Shown: positions 8,064 through 20,292 of the stretch, piece after piece
Position numbering within the stretch: the stretch's first letter is position 1
How the letters are laid out: the number at the start of each line of letters is the position of its first letter
Origin: Acidobacteriota bacterium
GTDB lineage: Bacteria; Acidobacteriota; Terriglobia; Terriglobales; SCQP01
Assembly (NCBI GenBank): GCA_021818955.1
Contig: JAKASR010000002.1
Coordinates: 107,659-171,658 of the forward strand
Direction: 5' to 3'
Length of the DNA stretch: 64,000 nucleotides
Notes under the pieces: generated by a model
The model's database searches: none
What the model saw: only the letters and a program-made list of their open reading frames with translations
Told to the model about the DNA's origin: nothing
Position numbers and translations under genes: made by a program

Positions 8064-9197
8064 ATGAGCAAAAACCTGGTGGTTTGCTGCGACGGCACCG
8101 GCGACCAGTTCGACAACAGCGACACCCATTCCAATGTCATCAAGCTCTGCCGGGCGCTGGTGCAGCGCGACGCGGAGCAGATGGTTTATTACCACCCCGG
8201 GGTAGGGACCATGGGGGCGCCGCTGGCGCGAAACTGGCTGGCGAAGCAATGGACGCGGTTCCAGGGGCTGGCGTTTGGCGCGGGCCTGCTCGACAACGCG
8301 GGCGACGCCTACCGCTATCTGATGGAAAACTATGCCGCCGGCGACCGGATATTTCTATTCGGCTTCAGCCGCGGCGCCTATACGGCGCGGGTGCTGGCGG
8401 CGGTACTGCACATGTACGGCCTGCTGCATCGCGGCAATCAGGGGCAAATTCGCTATCTCTTCCATAGGTTCGCCATGGCCAGCCGCCAGGCGGGGCGGCT
8501 GCAGCCGGAATTCGCGATCGCGGAGGATTTCAAGCAAACGTTTTCACGCGACGTCGCCGTGCACTTTTGCGGGCTGTGGGATACGGTCAGCTCGATCGGC
8601 TGGATTTACGATCCGGTGAAATTCCCCTACACCGCCTGCAACCCGATCGTGCGCTGCGGCCGGCACGCGGTCTCGATTGACGAGCGGCGCTGCTTTTTCC
8701 GGGAGAACCTTTGGGGCGAGCTGCCGGGCCAGGACCTGCTGCAGGCCTGGTTTGCCGGGGTGCATTCGGACGTGGGCGGAAGCTATCCGGAAGCGCAAAG
8801 CGGGCTATCGAAACTGGCGCTGCAATGGATGGCGGAAGAAGCGGCCGGCCGCGGCCTGCTGCTTGACGCCCGGCGCATGGCCTGCATTTTAGGCCGCGGG
8901 ACGGGCTGCGAAAACTACGCGCCGCCCGATTGCCAGGCGCCACTGCATCATTCCCTGCAAGGGTGGTGGTGGCTGCTGGAATGGCTGCCGCACCGCTACT
9001 ACGACCGGCGGGCGCGGCGGCAGCGCTGGCGCATTCCGCGGGGCGCGCGGCGGGTCATTCCGGAAGGCGCCGCCATCCATGCCAGCGCGCTGGCGCGGGC
9101 CGCCGACCCGGCTTGCGATTATGCGCCGCGGCTGCCGCAAGATTTCAGGGTGGCGCGAACACGAAACCTGCCGTCCGGCCCGGCCGTTAAGGCTTGA
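8064..9197 (+). CDS. DUF2235-family alpha/beta hydrolase (Tle1-like phospholipase catalytic domain)
   Basis: Family hallmarks in order: VVCCDGTGDQF, YYHPGVGT, nucleophile elbow GFSRGAYTARVLA, WFAGVHSDVGGSY. No signal peptide is seen. Confidence 0.85.
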   Translation: MSKNLVVCCDGTGDQFDNSDTHSNVIKLCRALVQRDAEQMVYYHPGVGTMGAPLARNWLAKQWTRFQGLAFGAGLLDNAGDAYRYLMENYAAGDRIFLFGFSRGAYTARVLAAVLHMYGLLHRGNQGQIRYLFHRFAMASRQAGRLQPEFAIAEDFKQTFSRDVAVHFCGLWDTVSSIGWIYDPVKFPYTACNPIVRCGRHAVSIDERRCFFRENLWGELPGQDLLQAWFAGVHSDVGGSYPEAQSGLSKLALQWMAEEAAGRGLLLDARRMACILGRGTGCENYAPPDCQAPLHHSLQGWWWLLEWLPHRYYDRRARRQRWRIPRGARRVIPEGAAIHASALARAADPACDYAPRLPQDFRVARTRNLPSGPAVKA

Positions 9198-9275
9198 CGA
9201 AACGAGCGGGGGCGGCGGTACCCATTTATAGGGCGCGGTCCAGGGCCATGGGCTCGCCGCCGTGGCCGCGGCAAC

Positions 9276-9671
9276 TCAGCGGACGAAATCCAGGCGCGCC
9301 TGGGCGAGAGCGACGCGGGCGAGGGCGGCGGCGTAGCCGGCGCTGGGATCGCCGCCGCGGGTGAGCGGCTCGGCCGCGGCGAGCTCGCGGCGGGCGGCGG
9401 CGACGTCAATTTCCTCCTTGCGCTCGGCAATATCGGCGAGCAGCACGGTGCGCTCCGGGGTAACTTCGAGAAAGCCGCCGGAAATGAGCAGGCGAATCGT
9501 CTCTCCGTTTTCAGTCTCGATCGTGAGCGGGCCGGTGCCGAGCAGCGAGATCAGCGGCTCGTGCCCGGGCAGCAGGCCGAGGAAGCCGCCCTCGGTGGGA
9601 ACCTGAATGGCGCGGGCGCGGGCGCGCAAAACTTGGCGCTGCGGGGTGGCGAGTTCGATTTCCAGCGGCAT
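9276..9671 (-). CDS. atpC: F0F1 ATP synthase subunit epsilon
   Basis: 131 aa, TEGGFLGLLPGHEPLISLL...ISGGFLEV. Last gene of the atp operon. Confidence 0.9.
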   Translation of the reverse strand: MPLEIELATPQRQVLRARARAIQVPTEGGFLGLLPGHEPLISLLGTGPLTIETENGETIRLLISGGFLEVTPERTVLLADIAERKEEIDVAAARRELAAAEPLTRGGDPSAGYAAALARVALAQARLDFVR

Positions 9672-9763
9672 AAGTAAAAATTATCGGCGCTCAGCGTGCA
9701 GCGCGCGGCGAAAAAACATAAGCCTGCAGGCCGGCCGCCGCCAGCCACGGCAAAACCCCGAAA

Positions 9764-11251
<1,488 letters not shown>

Positions 11252-12205
11252 TCAGCCTCGGGCTTCGCCCTCCAGCGCGGCAGCGCCGGAGACCACCTCG
11301 ATGATTTCCTTGGTGATGGCGGCCTGGCGGGCGCGGTTGAGGTTCAAGGTCAGCGAATCAATCATGTCGGCGGCATTGTGCGAAGCGGTATCCATGGCGT
11401 TCATGCGGGCGGCATGCTCGGCGGCAAAAGACTCGAGCAGGGCGCGGTAGATGAGGGTTTCCAGGTAGCGCGGCAGCAGCGCGGCAAGCACGCGCGCGGG
11501 CGGCTGATCGAAGCTGAACCCGCCGGCCGGGCGCAGCGGTTCCGCGGCGGGCGCGTGGGCCAGCCGGTCGCGCCCCGCCGGCGCCGGCTCGGCGGGCAAA
11601 ATCGGCAGCAACAGCCGGCGCTCGACCCGCTGCTGCAGCACCGAAACGAAACGGTTGCCGACCAGCCAAACCGCATCCACTTCACCGGCGATATAGCGCT
11701 CGGCGGCGCGGCTCGCCAGCTCGCGCGCGGCCGCGAAGCTGACGCCGCGGGCGAAGGCCTCGACCGGCTCCAGCATCTGCTGCGGATGGGCGCGGCGCAC
11801 AAAGTCGCGAATTTTACGGCCGACCGGCTCGAAGCGCAGTTGTTCGGCTTCCGGCTCGGCCGCCAGCAGGGCCACCGCTTTGGCCACATTGGCATTGAAG
11901 GCCCCGGCAAGACCTTTGTCGGAGCTGATGGCAACGATCAACTGGCGGCGGCGCGGCGCGCGGCGCGCCAGCAGTTGCAGCAGCCGCTCGCTGGCGGGAT
12001 CGCCGGCGGCGGCCTCGGCGGCAACGTCGGCGGAGGCCAGCGCCGCCAGCAGCTCGGTAATGCGGTCGCCGTAGGCGCGGGCCGCCAGCGCCTGATCCTG
12101 AGCGCGGCGCAGCTTGGCGGCCGCCACCATGCGCATGGCGCGGGTGATCTGCCGGGTGTTGCGCACCGAGCGGATACGACGCCGAATATCGAGAAGATTC
12201 GCCAT
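11252..12205 (-). CDS. atpG: F0F1 ATP synthase subunit gamma
   Basis: N-terminal MANLLDIRRRIRSVRNTRQITRAMRMVAAAKLRRAQ and C-terminal ITKEIIEVVSGAAAL. Confidence 0.9.
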   Translation of the reverse strand: MANLLDIRRRIRSVRNTRQITRAMRMVAAAKLRRAQDQALAARAYGDRITELLAALASADVAAEAAAGDPASERLLQLLARRAPRRRQLIVAISSDKGLAGAFNANVAKAVALLAAEPEAEQLRFEPVGRKIRDFVRRAHPQQMLEPVEAFARGVSFAAARELASRAAERYIAGEVDAVWLVGNRFVSVLQQRVERRLLLPILPAEPAPAGRDRLAHAPAAEPLRPAGGFSFDQPPARVLAALLPRYLETLIYRALLESFAAEHAARMNAMDTASHNAADMIDSLTLNLNRARQAAITKEIIEVVSGAAALEGEARG

Positions 12206-12256
12206 AAAAAGCTACCCGCTGCCCCGGCCTCAGCCGCAGGAAAAACGATCGAACTC

Positions 12257-13795
<1,539 letters not shown>

Positions 13796-13810
13796 AGAGA
13801 AAATTCCCGG

Positions 13811-14350
13811 TCAGGCTTGCCGCAGGTGGCGGCGCAGGCGTTCGAGCCGGCCGCGCAGGCTGGCGTCATAAATGGTATCGCCGATGCGGGCGACGAAACC
13901 GGCGAGCAACTCGGGGTTGAGGCGATAGCCGGCTTCGAGGCGGCGGCCGGAGACGGCGGCGAGGCGGTGTTCCAGCGCGGCGCGGGCGGCGGCCTCCAAC
14001 TCGCGGGCGGAGGTGATTTCAGCGCGCACCCGGCCGTGCGCCTGGCGCTCGAGTTCCTCATAGGCTTGCCAGACCAGCTCCAGCCGGGCCATGCGCCCGT
14101 GGCGCGAGAGCACCAGCAGGAAATTGCGGCTGAGGGGAGCGAGCGCGAGGCGGGCGGCGAGCAGGGCAATCAGACGGGCGCGGGCGGGGGCGGCGACGGC
14201 GGGGCTTTCCAGCGCCGGGCGCAGCCCCGGCGCGGCCTCGAACTCGGCGGTGAAGGCGCGCACATCGCGCGCGAGCGTGTCGGCATCGAGGCGGCCGGCC
14301 GCGACCAGCTCGAACAGCGCCTGCGCGTAACGTTGATCCACCTGCGCCAT
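13811..14350 (-). CDS. atpH: F0F1 ATP synthase subunit delta
   Basis: 179 aa, YAQALFEL... N-terminus. Located between atpF and atpA. Confidence 0.8.
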   Translation of the reverse strand: MAQVDQRYAQALFELVAAGRLDADTLARDVRAFTAEFEAAPGLRPALESPAVAAPARARLIALLAARLALAPLSRNFLLVLSRHGRMARLELVWQAYEELERQAHGRVRAEITSARELEAAARAALEHRLAAVSGRRLEAGYRLNPELLAGFVARIGDTIYDASLRGRLERLRRHLRQA

Positions 14351-14352
14351 GG

Positions 14353-14976
14353 CTAGGCCTGCTTTTCCTCCGCCCCGTGGGCGGGCAGGGATGCGATGCC
14401 GGCGCGCACCAGCGCGGCATCGAGTTCGGGGGAAAGGCGGGAACGCAGGCTCTGCTCGGCGGCTTCCAGCGCCAGCGCGGCGGCATAGTCGTGCAACTGC
14501 TGCCGCGCCAGTTTGCCCGCGGCTTCGATTTCCCGGCGGCTCTGCGCGGCAATCCGCTCGGCTTCGGCGCGCGATTCTTCCTTCAGGCGGGCGTGCTCGG
14601 CGGCGGCTTCGGCTTCGGCCTCACGACGCAAAGCCTCCAGCTCGGCCTCGAGCCCGTCGAGGCGGCGGCGGGCATCGGCCCACTTGCGCTCGGCTTCATC
14701 GTGCGCGGTTTGCGCGCCGGCCAGCCCGCGGCGAATTTCGTCGCCGCGCTGGCGCCACCAGCCGCTCCACGACCAGTTTTCCATGCCCATCAGGGCCATC
14801 ACCCGCGGCATGAAGCGATAGAGCACATAGATGAGGGCGAGGAAGTTAATCCATAAAACAACTTGCCAGATGTCGGCGGAATGGCGCGACCACCACTGGC
14901 TGAGGGCGAGTACATCGAGACCGCCCTCACCGCGGGCGGCCAGGAAGGCGAACAAGCTGAGAAGGACAACGCTCAT
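14353..14976 (-). CDS. atpF: F0F1 ATP synthase subunit b
   Basis: One N-terminal TM segment followed by a long Ala/Glu/Arg-rich helix. Operon position supports the call. Confidence 0.7.
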   Translation of the reverse strand: MSVVLLSLFAFLAARGEGGLDVLALSQWWSRHSADIWQVVLWINFLALIYVLYRFMPRVMALMGMENWSWSGWWRQRGDEIRRGLAGAQTAHDEAERKWADARRRLDGLEAELEALRREAEAEAAAEHARLKEESRAEAERIAAQSRREIEAAGKLARQQLHDYAAALALEAAEQSLRSRLSPELDAALVRAGIASLPAHGAEEKQA

Positions 14977-15452
14977 GCGCCGGCTCCCGGCGGCACGCTC
15001 ATCGAAGCGGCGGCGGCGTGACCGAGCAGGCGGACGAGCACTTCTTCGGCAAGCTCCTGGCGGGCGGCCTGGATTTTTTCGCGGCCGGCCTGCGCCTCGC
15101 GTCCGAGTTGCTCGACCACCGCTTGCACTTCGGCCTTGGCCTGGTGGCGGGCCTCTTCCAACAAACCGCCGCGCTCGGCCAGCGCCGCCTGGCGGCGCTC
15201 CGCCACGCGCCGATAGCCTTCCAGCCGCGCCGCGCGCAGCTTCGACTCGATCTGCGCCAGCAAGCCTTCGGCTTCGCCCAGCCGCACGCGCGCCGCTTTG
15301 ATCAAGCCGGCGGAGCGGCGATGACGCTCTTCCAGCGTCCGCCGCAGCGGACGATAGAGCACCGCGCGCAAATAAAAATGCAGCAGCAGGAAAATCAGCA
15401 CGGTCGGCACCGCGCCGAGAAACAGCCGCCCCAATGCGCCTAACATCTGCAT
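14973..15452 (-). CDS. F0F1 ATP synthase subunit b'
   Basis: One N-terminal TM segment (VPTVLIFLLLHFYL) plus a coiled helix. There is a 4-nt overlap with atpF. Confidence 0.7.
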   Translation of the reverse strand: MQMLGALGRLFLGAVPTVLIFLLLHFYLRAVLYRPLRRTLEERHRRSAGLIKAARVRLGEAEGLLAQIESKLRAARLEGYRRVAERRQAALAERGGLLEEARHQAKAEVQAVVEQLGREAQAGREKIQAARQELAEEVLVRLLGHAAAASMSVPPGAGA

Positions 15453-15665
15453 GCGAAATGGATCGTTAACGCCACCGCTGCCGAAAAATCCCGGTCCTTG
15501 GTTTTTTCTACCCGCGACACGCTTCTCCCCCGTTCTGGACCCGGCACTCTAGTTCGCGACGGCTGGAAGAGGAGGGGTTTAGGTTTTGAGCAACCGACGT
15601 TAACCAGCTATATTAACCAGCCCCGGGGAAAGGGTCAAGAGCGGCTCGGACGGGCCACAAAAAAA

Positions 15666-15692
15666 GGATGCGCAGCCAAGCGCATCCTTTTT
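15666..15692. terminator. Bidirectional intrinsic terminator hairpin
   Basis: GGATGCGC-AGCCAA-GCGCATCC, an 8-bp perfect stem. An A-run lies on one side and TTTTT on the other. Confidence 0.6.
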
Positions 15693-15734
15693 CGGAAGCA
15701 GAACAGAAGACCCACGCAAAGCGTGGGCCCGATC

Positions 15735-15785
15735 TTACTTCTTTTTCTTTGCGGGCTTCTTGGCTGCCTTTTTCTTCGCTGCCAT
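15735..15785 (-). CDS. Candidate 16-codon Lys-rich micro-ORF (MAAKKKAAKKPAKKKK)
   Basis: ATG preceded by AAGGAGGAGAA, with a TAA stop. Two hairpins follow it. An in-frame stop 6 codons upstream of the ATG excludes a longer form. Confidence 0.3.
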   Translation of the reverse strand: MAAKKKAAKKPAKKKK

Positions 15786-15854
15786 TTCTCCTCCTTGTCG
15801 GGTTTAAACCCAATGGCCTCCCCGATATTTAGGGCTATCGGGTTAGCCATACAA

Positions 15855-15884
15855 GATATAGTGCCCCCACGCTAAGGGAGTCAA
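15855..15884 (-). promoter_or_regulatory. Candidate sigma70-type promoter upstream of the micro-ORF
   Basis: On the minus strand: TTGACT (15879-15884), 17-18 nt spacer, CTATAT/TATATC (15855-15861). Confidence 0.35.
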
Positions 15885-15962
15885 GAAAAATCTGCATGCA
15901 TTCGCAATTATTTTCTTGACGGAATAACCGGGTTGGCGCTATGCGGCGAAGAAGCCCGGGGG

Positions 15963-16480
15963 TCAGAACTTAAATTCCGCCTTGACGCGCTCGGATTTTT
16001 CGTGCACGGAGCGTTCCAATTCCTGTTTATAAGCCAGCAGGCGCTCGCGCAAGCGCGCGTCCTGGAGGGCAAGGATAGAGATGGCGAGAATGGCGGCATT
16101 GCGGGCGCCCGCATCGCCGACGGCCATGGTGGCGACGGGAACGCCGGCGGGCATCATGGCGGTGGACAGCAGGGCGTCGAAGCCGGAAAGCGGCGAGGTG
16201 GCCATCGGCACGCCGACTACCGGCAGGATGGTTTCAGCGGCGATGACGCCGGCCAGCGCGGCGGCGGCGCCGGCGCCGACGATGAGCACGCGCAAACCGC
16301 GGGAGGCGGCGTTGCGGGCGTATTCGGCGGTGCGCTGCGGCGAGCGATGGGCCGAGGTGATTTCGATTTCGCAGGGCACCTCGAACTGCTTCAGCAGCTT
16401 GGCGGCCTGCGACATCACCGGCAGATCGGTATCGCTGCCCATTAAAATGCCGACGAGCGGCGCGGAAACGGAATCTGGCA
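15963..16480 (-). CDS. purE: N5-carboxyaminoimidazole ribonucleotide mutase
   Basis: VGILMGSDTDLPVM...SAHRSP...GAGAAAALAGV...PVVGVP. The chosen start is MPDSVS, preceded by GGAGGA. The ORF track extends it to 16535. Confidence 0.9.
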
Positions 16481-16574
16481 TGAGTCCTCCTGGCAGAAAT
16501 TTTATGATACGCGAGCGCCATCGCCGGAGCCGCAATTTTCCGCCTAAGGCGGCTGAGGGGTTGAGCCGCGGCGC

Positions 16575-17849
16575 TCAGGCGCCGGCAAGGGTGCGGCCAA
16601 TATCGCGGCGATAATGCATGCCCTGGAAATGGATCTGACCGGCCGCGGCGTAGCAGCGGGCGAGGGCGGCATCGAGCGTAGCGGCGCGGGCGGCGACCGC
16701 GAGCACGCGTCCGCCGGTGGTGCGCCAGGCGCCCTCGGCGAAGCGGGTGCCGGCGTGAAAGACGATGGCTTCGCCGGCGGCGGCGACTTCCTCCAAGCCG
16801 GTAATGACGCGATCGCGGGCGTAAGGGCCGGGATAGCCTTGCGCGGCGAGCACGACGCAAGCGGCGGGCTCCGGCGAGAAGGCGGGGACGCTGGCGGGCG
16901 CGAGCGCGCCCTGGGCGGCGGCAAGCAAGGCGCCAGCGAGGTCGCCATCACAGCGCAGCATAAGCGGCTGGGTTTCGGGATCGCCAAAGCGGGCGTTGAA
17001 CTCGAGCACGCGCGGTCCCGCCGGCGTGAGCATGAGACCGCAATAGAGCACGCCCTGAAACGGCGCCTGTTGCTCGGCCATGCCGGCGAGCACGGGTTCG
17101 ATCACTTCCTGGCGGACCTGGTCGGCCAAGGCGGGCGAGAGCAGCGCGTCATCGGAGATGGCGCCCATGCCCCCGGTGTTGGGGCCGCTATCGCCCTCGC
17201 CGACGCGCTTATGATCGCGAGCCGGCGGCAGGAGCCTGGCGCGTTCGCCGTCGCAAAGCGCCAGCAGGCTGAGCTCGGGGCCGCGCAAGCACTCTTCAAT
17301 GACGACGCGGCGCCCGGCATCGCCGACCAGATGGCCGCTGAATAGCGCGGCGAGCGCCGCGCGGGCTTCCGCCTGGGTCGCGGCGATGAGCACGCCTTTG
17401 CCGGCGGCCAGGCCGTCGGCCTTCAGGACGACGGGGAGGGGAAAGCGAACCAGCGCGCGCTCAGCCTCGGCAAGCGAATCGCAGAGCATGAACCCGGCCG
17501 TGGGGATGTGATGCCGCTGCATGAACCGCTTGGCGAAAAATTTACTGGTTTCCAACTGGGCGGCAATGCGGCTGGGGCCGAAGACGGCCACCCCGGCGGC
17601 GCGCAGGGCATCCGAAACCCCGGCGGCGAGCGGGGCTTCGGGCCCGACCACCACCAGATCGATGCGCTGGCGGGCGGCGGCGGCCACGACGGCGGCCGCG
17701 TCGCAAGAATCACCGGCCAGGCATTCGGCCAGCGGGCGCATGCCATCGCTGCCCGGCAGGGCATAAAGGCGCTTGAGCCGGGGCGAGCGGGCGAGGCGCC
17801 AGGCGAGCGCGTGTTCGCGGCCGCCGCCGCCGAGCAAAAGAATGTTCAT
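16575..17849 (-). CDS. purD: Phosphoribosylamine-glycine ligase
   Basis: MNILLLGGGGREHALAWRLARSP. ATP-grasp core; 424 aa. Confidence 0.95.
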   Translation of the reverse strand: MNILLLGGGGREHALAWRLARSPRLKRLYALPGSDGMRPLAECLAGDSCDAAAVVAAAARQRIDLVVVGPEAPLAAGVSDALRAAGVAVFGPSRIAAQLETSKFFAKRFMQRHHIPTAGFMLCDSLAEAERALVRFPLPVVLKADGLAAGKGVLIAATQAEARAALAALFSGHLVGDAGRRVVIEECLRGPELSLLALCDGERARLLPPARDHKRVGEGDSGPNTGGMGAISDDALLSPALADQVRQEVIEPVLAGMAEQQAPFQGVLYCGLMLTPAGPRVLEFNARFGDPETQPLMLRCDGDLAGALLAAAQGALAPASVPAFSPEPAACVVLAAQGYPGPYARDRVITGLEEVAAAGEAIVFHAGTRFAEGAWRTTGGRVLAVAARAATLDAALARCYAAAGQIHFQGMHYRRDIGRTLAGA

Positions 17850-18784
17850 GAGGAAGCCTCCGGCTCACTCGCAAGGTTGGTTTCCAGGGCGCCCGTGAGC
17901 AAGCGGACGGCGGGAATGCCGCGCTGGCGGCAGAACTTTTCCAGGCCGCGCAGCACCGACTCGGTGGCGCGGGGGTCCCAGAAGTTGGCGGTGCCGACCT
18001 GCACGGCGCTGGCGCCGGCGAGCAGGAACTCGACCGCATCCTCGCCGGAAGCGATGCCCCCTATCCCGATTAGCGGCAAGCGCACCGCACCGTGCGCCTC
18101 GTAAACGGCGCGCACCGCCAGCGGCTTGATCGCCGGACCGGAAAGCCCGGCGACGCGGTGGAGGAAGCGCGGCCGGCGGGTATGCACGTCAATCGCCATG
18201 CCGAGAAAGGTATTGACCAGCGAGAGCGCGTCGGCGCCGGCGTTTTCGGCGGCGCGGGCCAACTCGCCAATGCGGGTCACGTTGGGGCTGAGCTTGATCC
18301 AGATGGGGCGGCGGGTGACGGCCTTGACGGCGGCGGTCAACTCGGCCAGCGGCGCGGGATCGGAGGCAAACAGCTCGCCGCCGGCGCGGGTGTTGGGACA
18401 ACTGGCGTTGATCTCATAAGCGGCGATGCCTTCGCCTTCATTGAGCATTTCGACGGCGCGGACGTATTCGGGCACGCTGTCGCCGTAAACATTGGCGATC
18501 ACCATGACGCCGAGACGGCGCAGGCGCGGCAGGCGGGTTTCAAGAAAGGCCGGGATGCCGATATTCTGCAAACCGATGGAATTGAGCATGCCGGCGGAGG
18601 TTTCAAACAGGCGCAAGCCGGGATTGCCGGGCCTGGGCTCGCAGGAAAGCCCCTTGGTGACGAGGCCGCCGAGACGAGGCAAGTCCACGATATCTTCAAA
18701 CTCGACCCCGTAGCCGAAGGTTCCGGCGGCGGCCAGGACGGGATTGCGAAGGCGCAGGCCGGCGATGTCGACGCTTAAATCCAT
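17846..18784 (-). CDS. pyrD: Dihydroorotate dehydrogenase, class 1
   Basis: LRNPVLAAAGTFGYG, MLNSIGLQNIG, IGIGGI. The chosen start is MDLSVDIAG. The ORF track extends it to 18907. Confidence 0.9.
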   Translation of the reverse strand: MDLSVDIAGLRLRNPVLAAAGTFGYGVEFEDIVDLPRLGGLVTKGLSCEPRPGNPGLRLFETSAGMLNSIGLQNIGIPAFLETRLPRLRRLGVMVIANVYGDSVPEYVRAVEMLNEGEGIAAYEINASCPNTRAGGELFASDPAPLAELTAAVKAVTRRPIWIKLSPNVTRIGELARAAENAGADALSLVNTFLGMAIDVHTRRPRFLHRVAGLSGPAIKPLAVRAVYEAHGAVRLPLIGIGGIASGEDAVEFLLAGASAVQVGTANFWDPRATESVLRGLEKFCRQRGIPAVRLLTGALETNLASEPEASS

Positions 18785-18891
18785 GCCGTAAATTCCGGAT
18801 TCCGGGTTGCGGATTCCGAATGCGGAAATGAGAACCGGATCAAATTGTATAGTAAACAGAAGCCTGGCCGCGGCGGCGGCGGGACCAGAAC

Positions 18892-20145
18892 TTGCCCATG
18901 AGCACACTTTCAGCAGCGGAACAGATGACGCGGCTGCGCAAAGGCGCAGTCGAGATCCTGACGGAGGCGGAACTGGCGGCGAAGCTGGAGCTGGCGCGGC
19001 AACAGGGGCGCCCGCTGCGCGTCAAGGCCGGCTTCGACCCGACCGCGCCCGACCTGCACCTGGGACACACGGTGCTGCTGCGGAAATTGCGCGATTTCCA
19101 GGATCTGGGACACGAAGTCATCTTCCTGATCGGCGATTTTACCGGACTGATCGGGGATCCGACGGGCCGCTCGGCCACCCGGCCGGCGCTGACGCGCGAG
19201 GAAATCGCCGCCAATGCCGAAACCTACCGCCGGCAGGTGTTTAAGATACTCGACGAAAACCAGACCCGGGTGGAGTTCAACAGCGCCTGGCTGGGCAAGC
19301 TGGACGCTTATGAATGGGTGCGGCTGTGCGCCAAAACCACGGTGGCGCGCATGCTGGAGCGCGACTTTTTCCACGAGCGCTGGGTCAAGCAGCAGCCGAT
19401 TTCGATCCACGAGTTTCTCTATCCGCTGACACAGGCCTATGATTCGGTGGCCTTGAAGGCGGATGTCGAACTGGGCGGCGCGGACCAGAAATTCAATTTG
19501 TTAATGGGGCGGGAAATCCAGCAGGCGTACGGGCAGCGGCCGCAGGTGGTGCTGACCATGCCGTTGCTGGAGGGCCTGGACGGCGTGCAAAAAATGTCGA
19601 AGTCGCTGGGCAACTACGTCGCCATCGCCGAACCGGCGGCGAGCATGTTTACTAAGCTGATGTCCATCTCGGACGAGCTGATGTGGCGCTACTGGCTGCT
19701 GCTGACCAGCCGGAGCGAGGCGGAGATCGCGGCGCTGCGGGCGGCGGTGGAGCGGGGCGAGCGGCATCCGATGGAAGTGAAAAAAGAGCTGGCGGAACGG
19801 ATCGCGGCGGATTTTCACGGCGCCGAGGCGGCACGGGCGGCGCGGGAGGAATTCGAGCGGGTGGTGCAGCGCAAGCAGGCGCCGGCGGAAATAGAAGAAA
19901 TCACACTGAATTTACCTGCCGGTTCCGGGAAAACTCATTTGGCCTTGGCTGCCGCCATTGCGCAAGCGAAATTAGCCCCCTCGCGCACGGAAGCGGAACG
20001 GCTGATTAAAGCCCGCGCCGTTTTGAAAAATGAAGAAATAGTGGTTGACGTTAGCGATCAAATAAAGCTCAACGAATTCGTCGTGATTCAGATTGGCAAA
20101 TCGGGCAAGAAACGGCTGGCCAAAATCCATTTAAAATCCGGTTAA
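18892..20145 (+). CDS. tyrS: Tyrosyl-tRNA synthetase
   Basis: HIGH-type [22 protein letters not shown], and a C-terminal S4-like domain. Confidence 0.95.
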   Translation: MPMSTLSAAEQMTRLRKGAVEILTEAELAAKLELARQQGRPLRVKAGFDPTAPDLHLGHTVLLRKLRDFQDLGHEVIFLIGDFTGLIGDPTGRSATRPALTREEIAANAETYRRQVFKILDENQTRVEFNSAWLGKLDAYEWVRLCAKTTVARMLERDFFHERWVKQQPISIHEFLYPLTQAYDSVALKADVELGGADQKFNLLMGREIQQAYGQRPQVVLTMPLLEGLDGVQKMSKSLGNYVAIAEPAASMFTKLMSISDELMWRYWLLLTSRSEAEIAALRAAVERGERHPMEVKKELAERIAADFHGAEAARAAREEFERVVQRKQAPAEIEEITLNLPAGSGKTHLALAAAIAQAKLAPSRTEAERLIKARAVLKNEEIVVDVSDQIKLNEFVVIQIGKSGKKRLAKIHLKSG

Positions 20146-20292
20146 CCTCCTCCCGGCAGCGGCAAAAGCGTGACCGCAGCTGGATAGACGGCGCTATTTT
20201 GTGGCGGCGCATGAGCATCAACCGCGTCGCGTTACACTAGAATTTCGGGGCTGAAACCGGGCTTCAGCCCAGCCCAAATACCGGAGTAAAAC

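Noticed and set aside
15498-15875. 125-aa plus-strand ORF over the atp-upstream region
   Set aside because: It spans two terminator hairpins, has no RBS, and is antisense to the well-signalled micro-ORF. Its composition is not protein-like.
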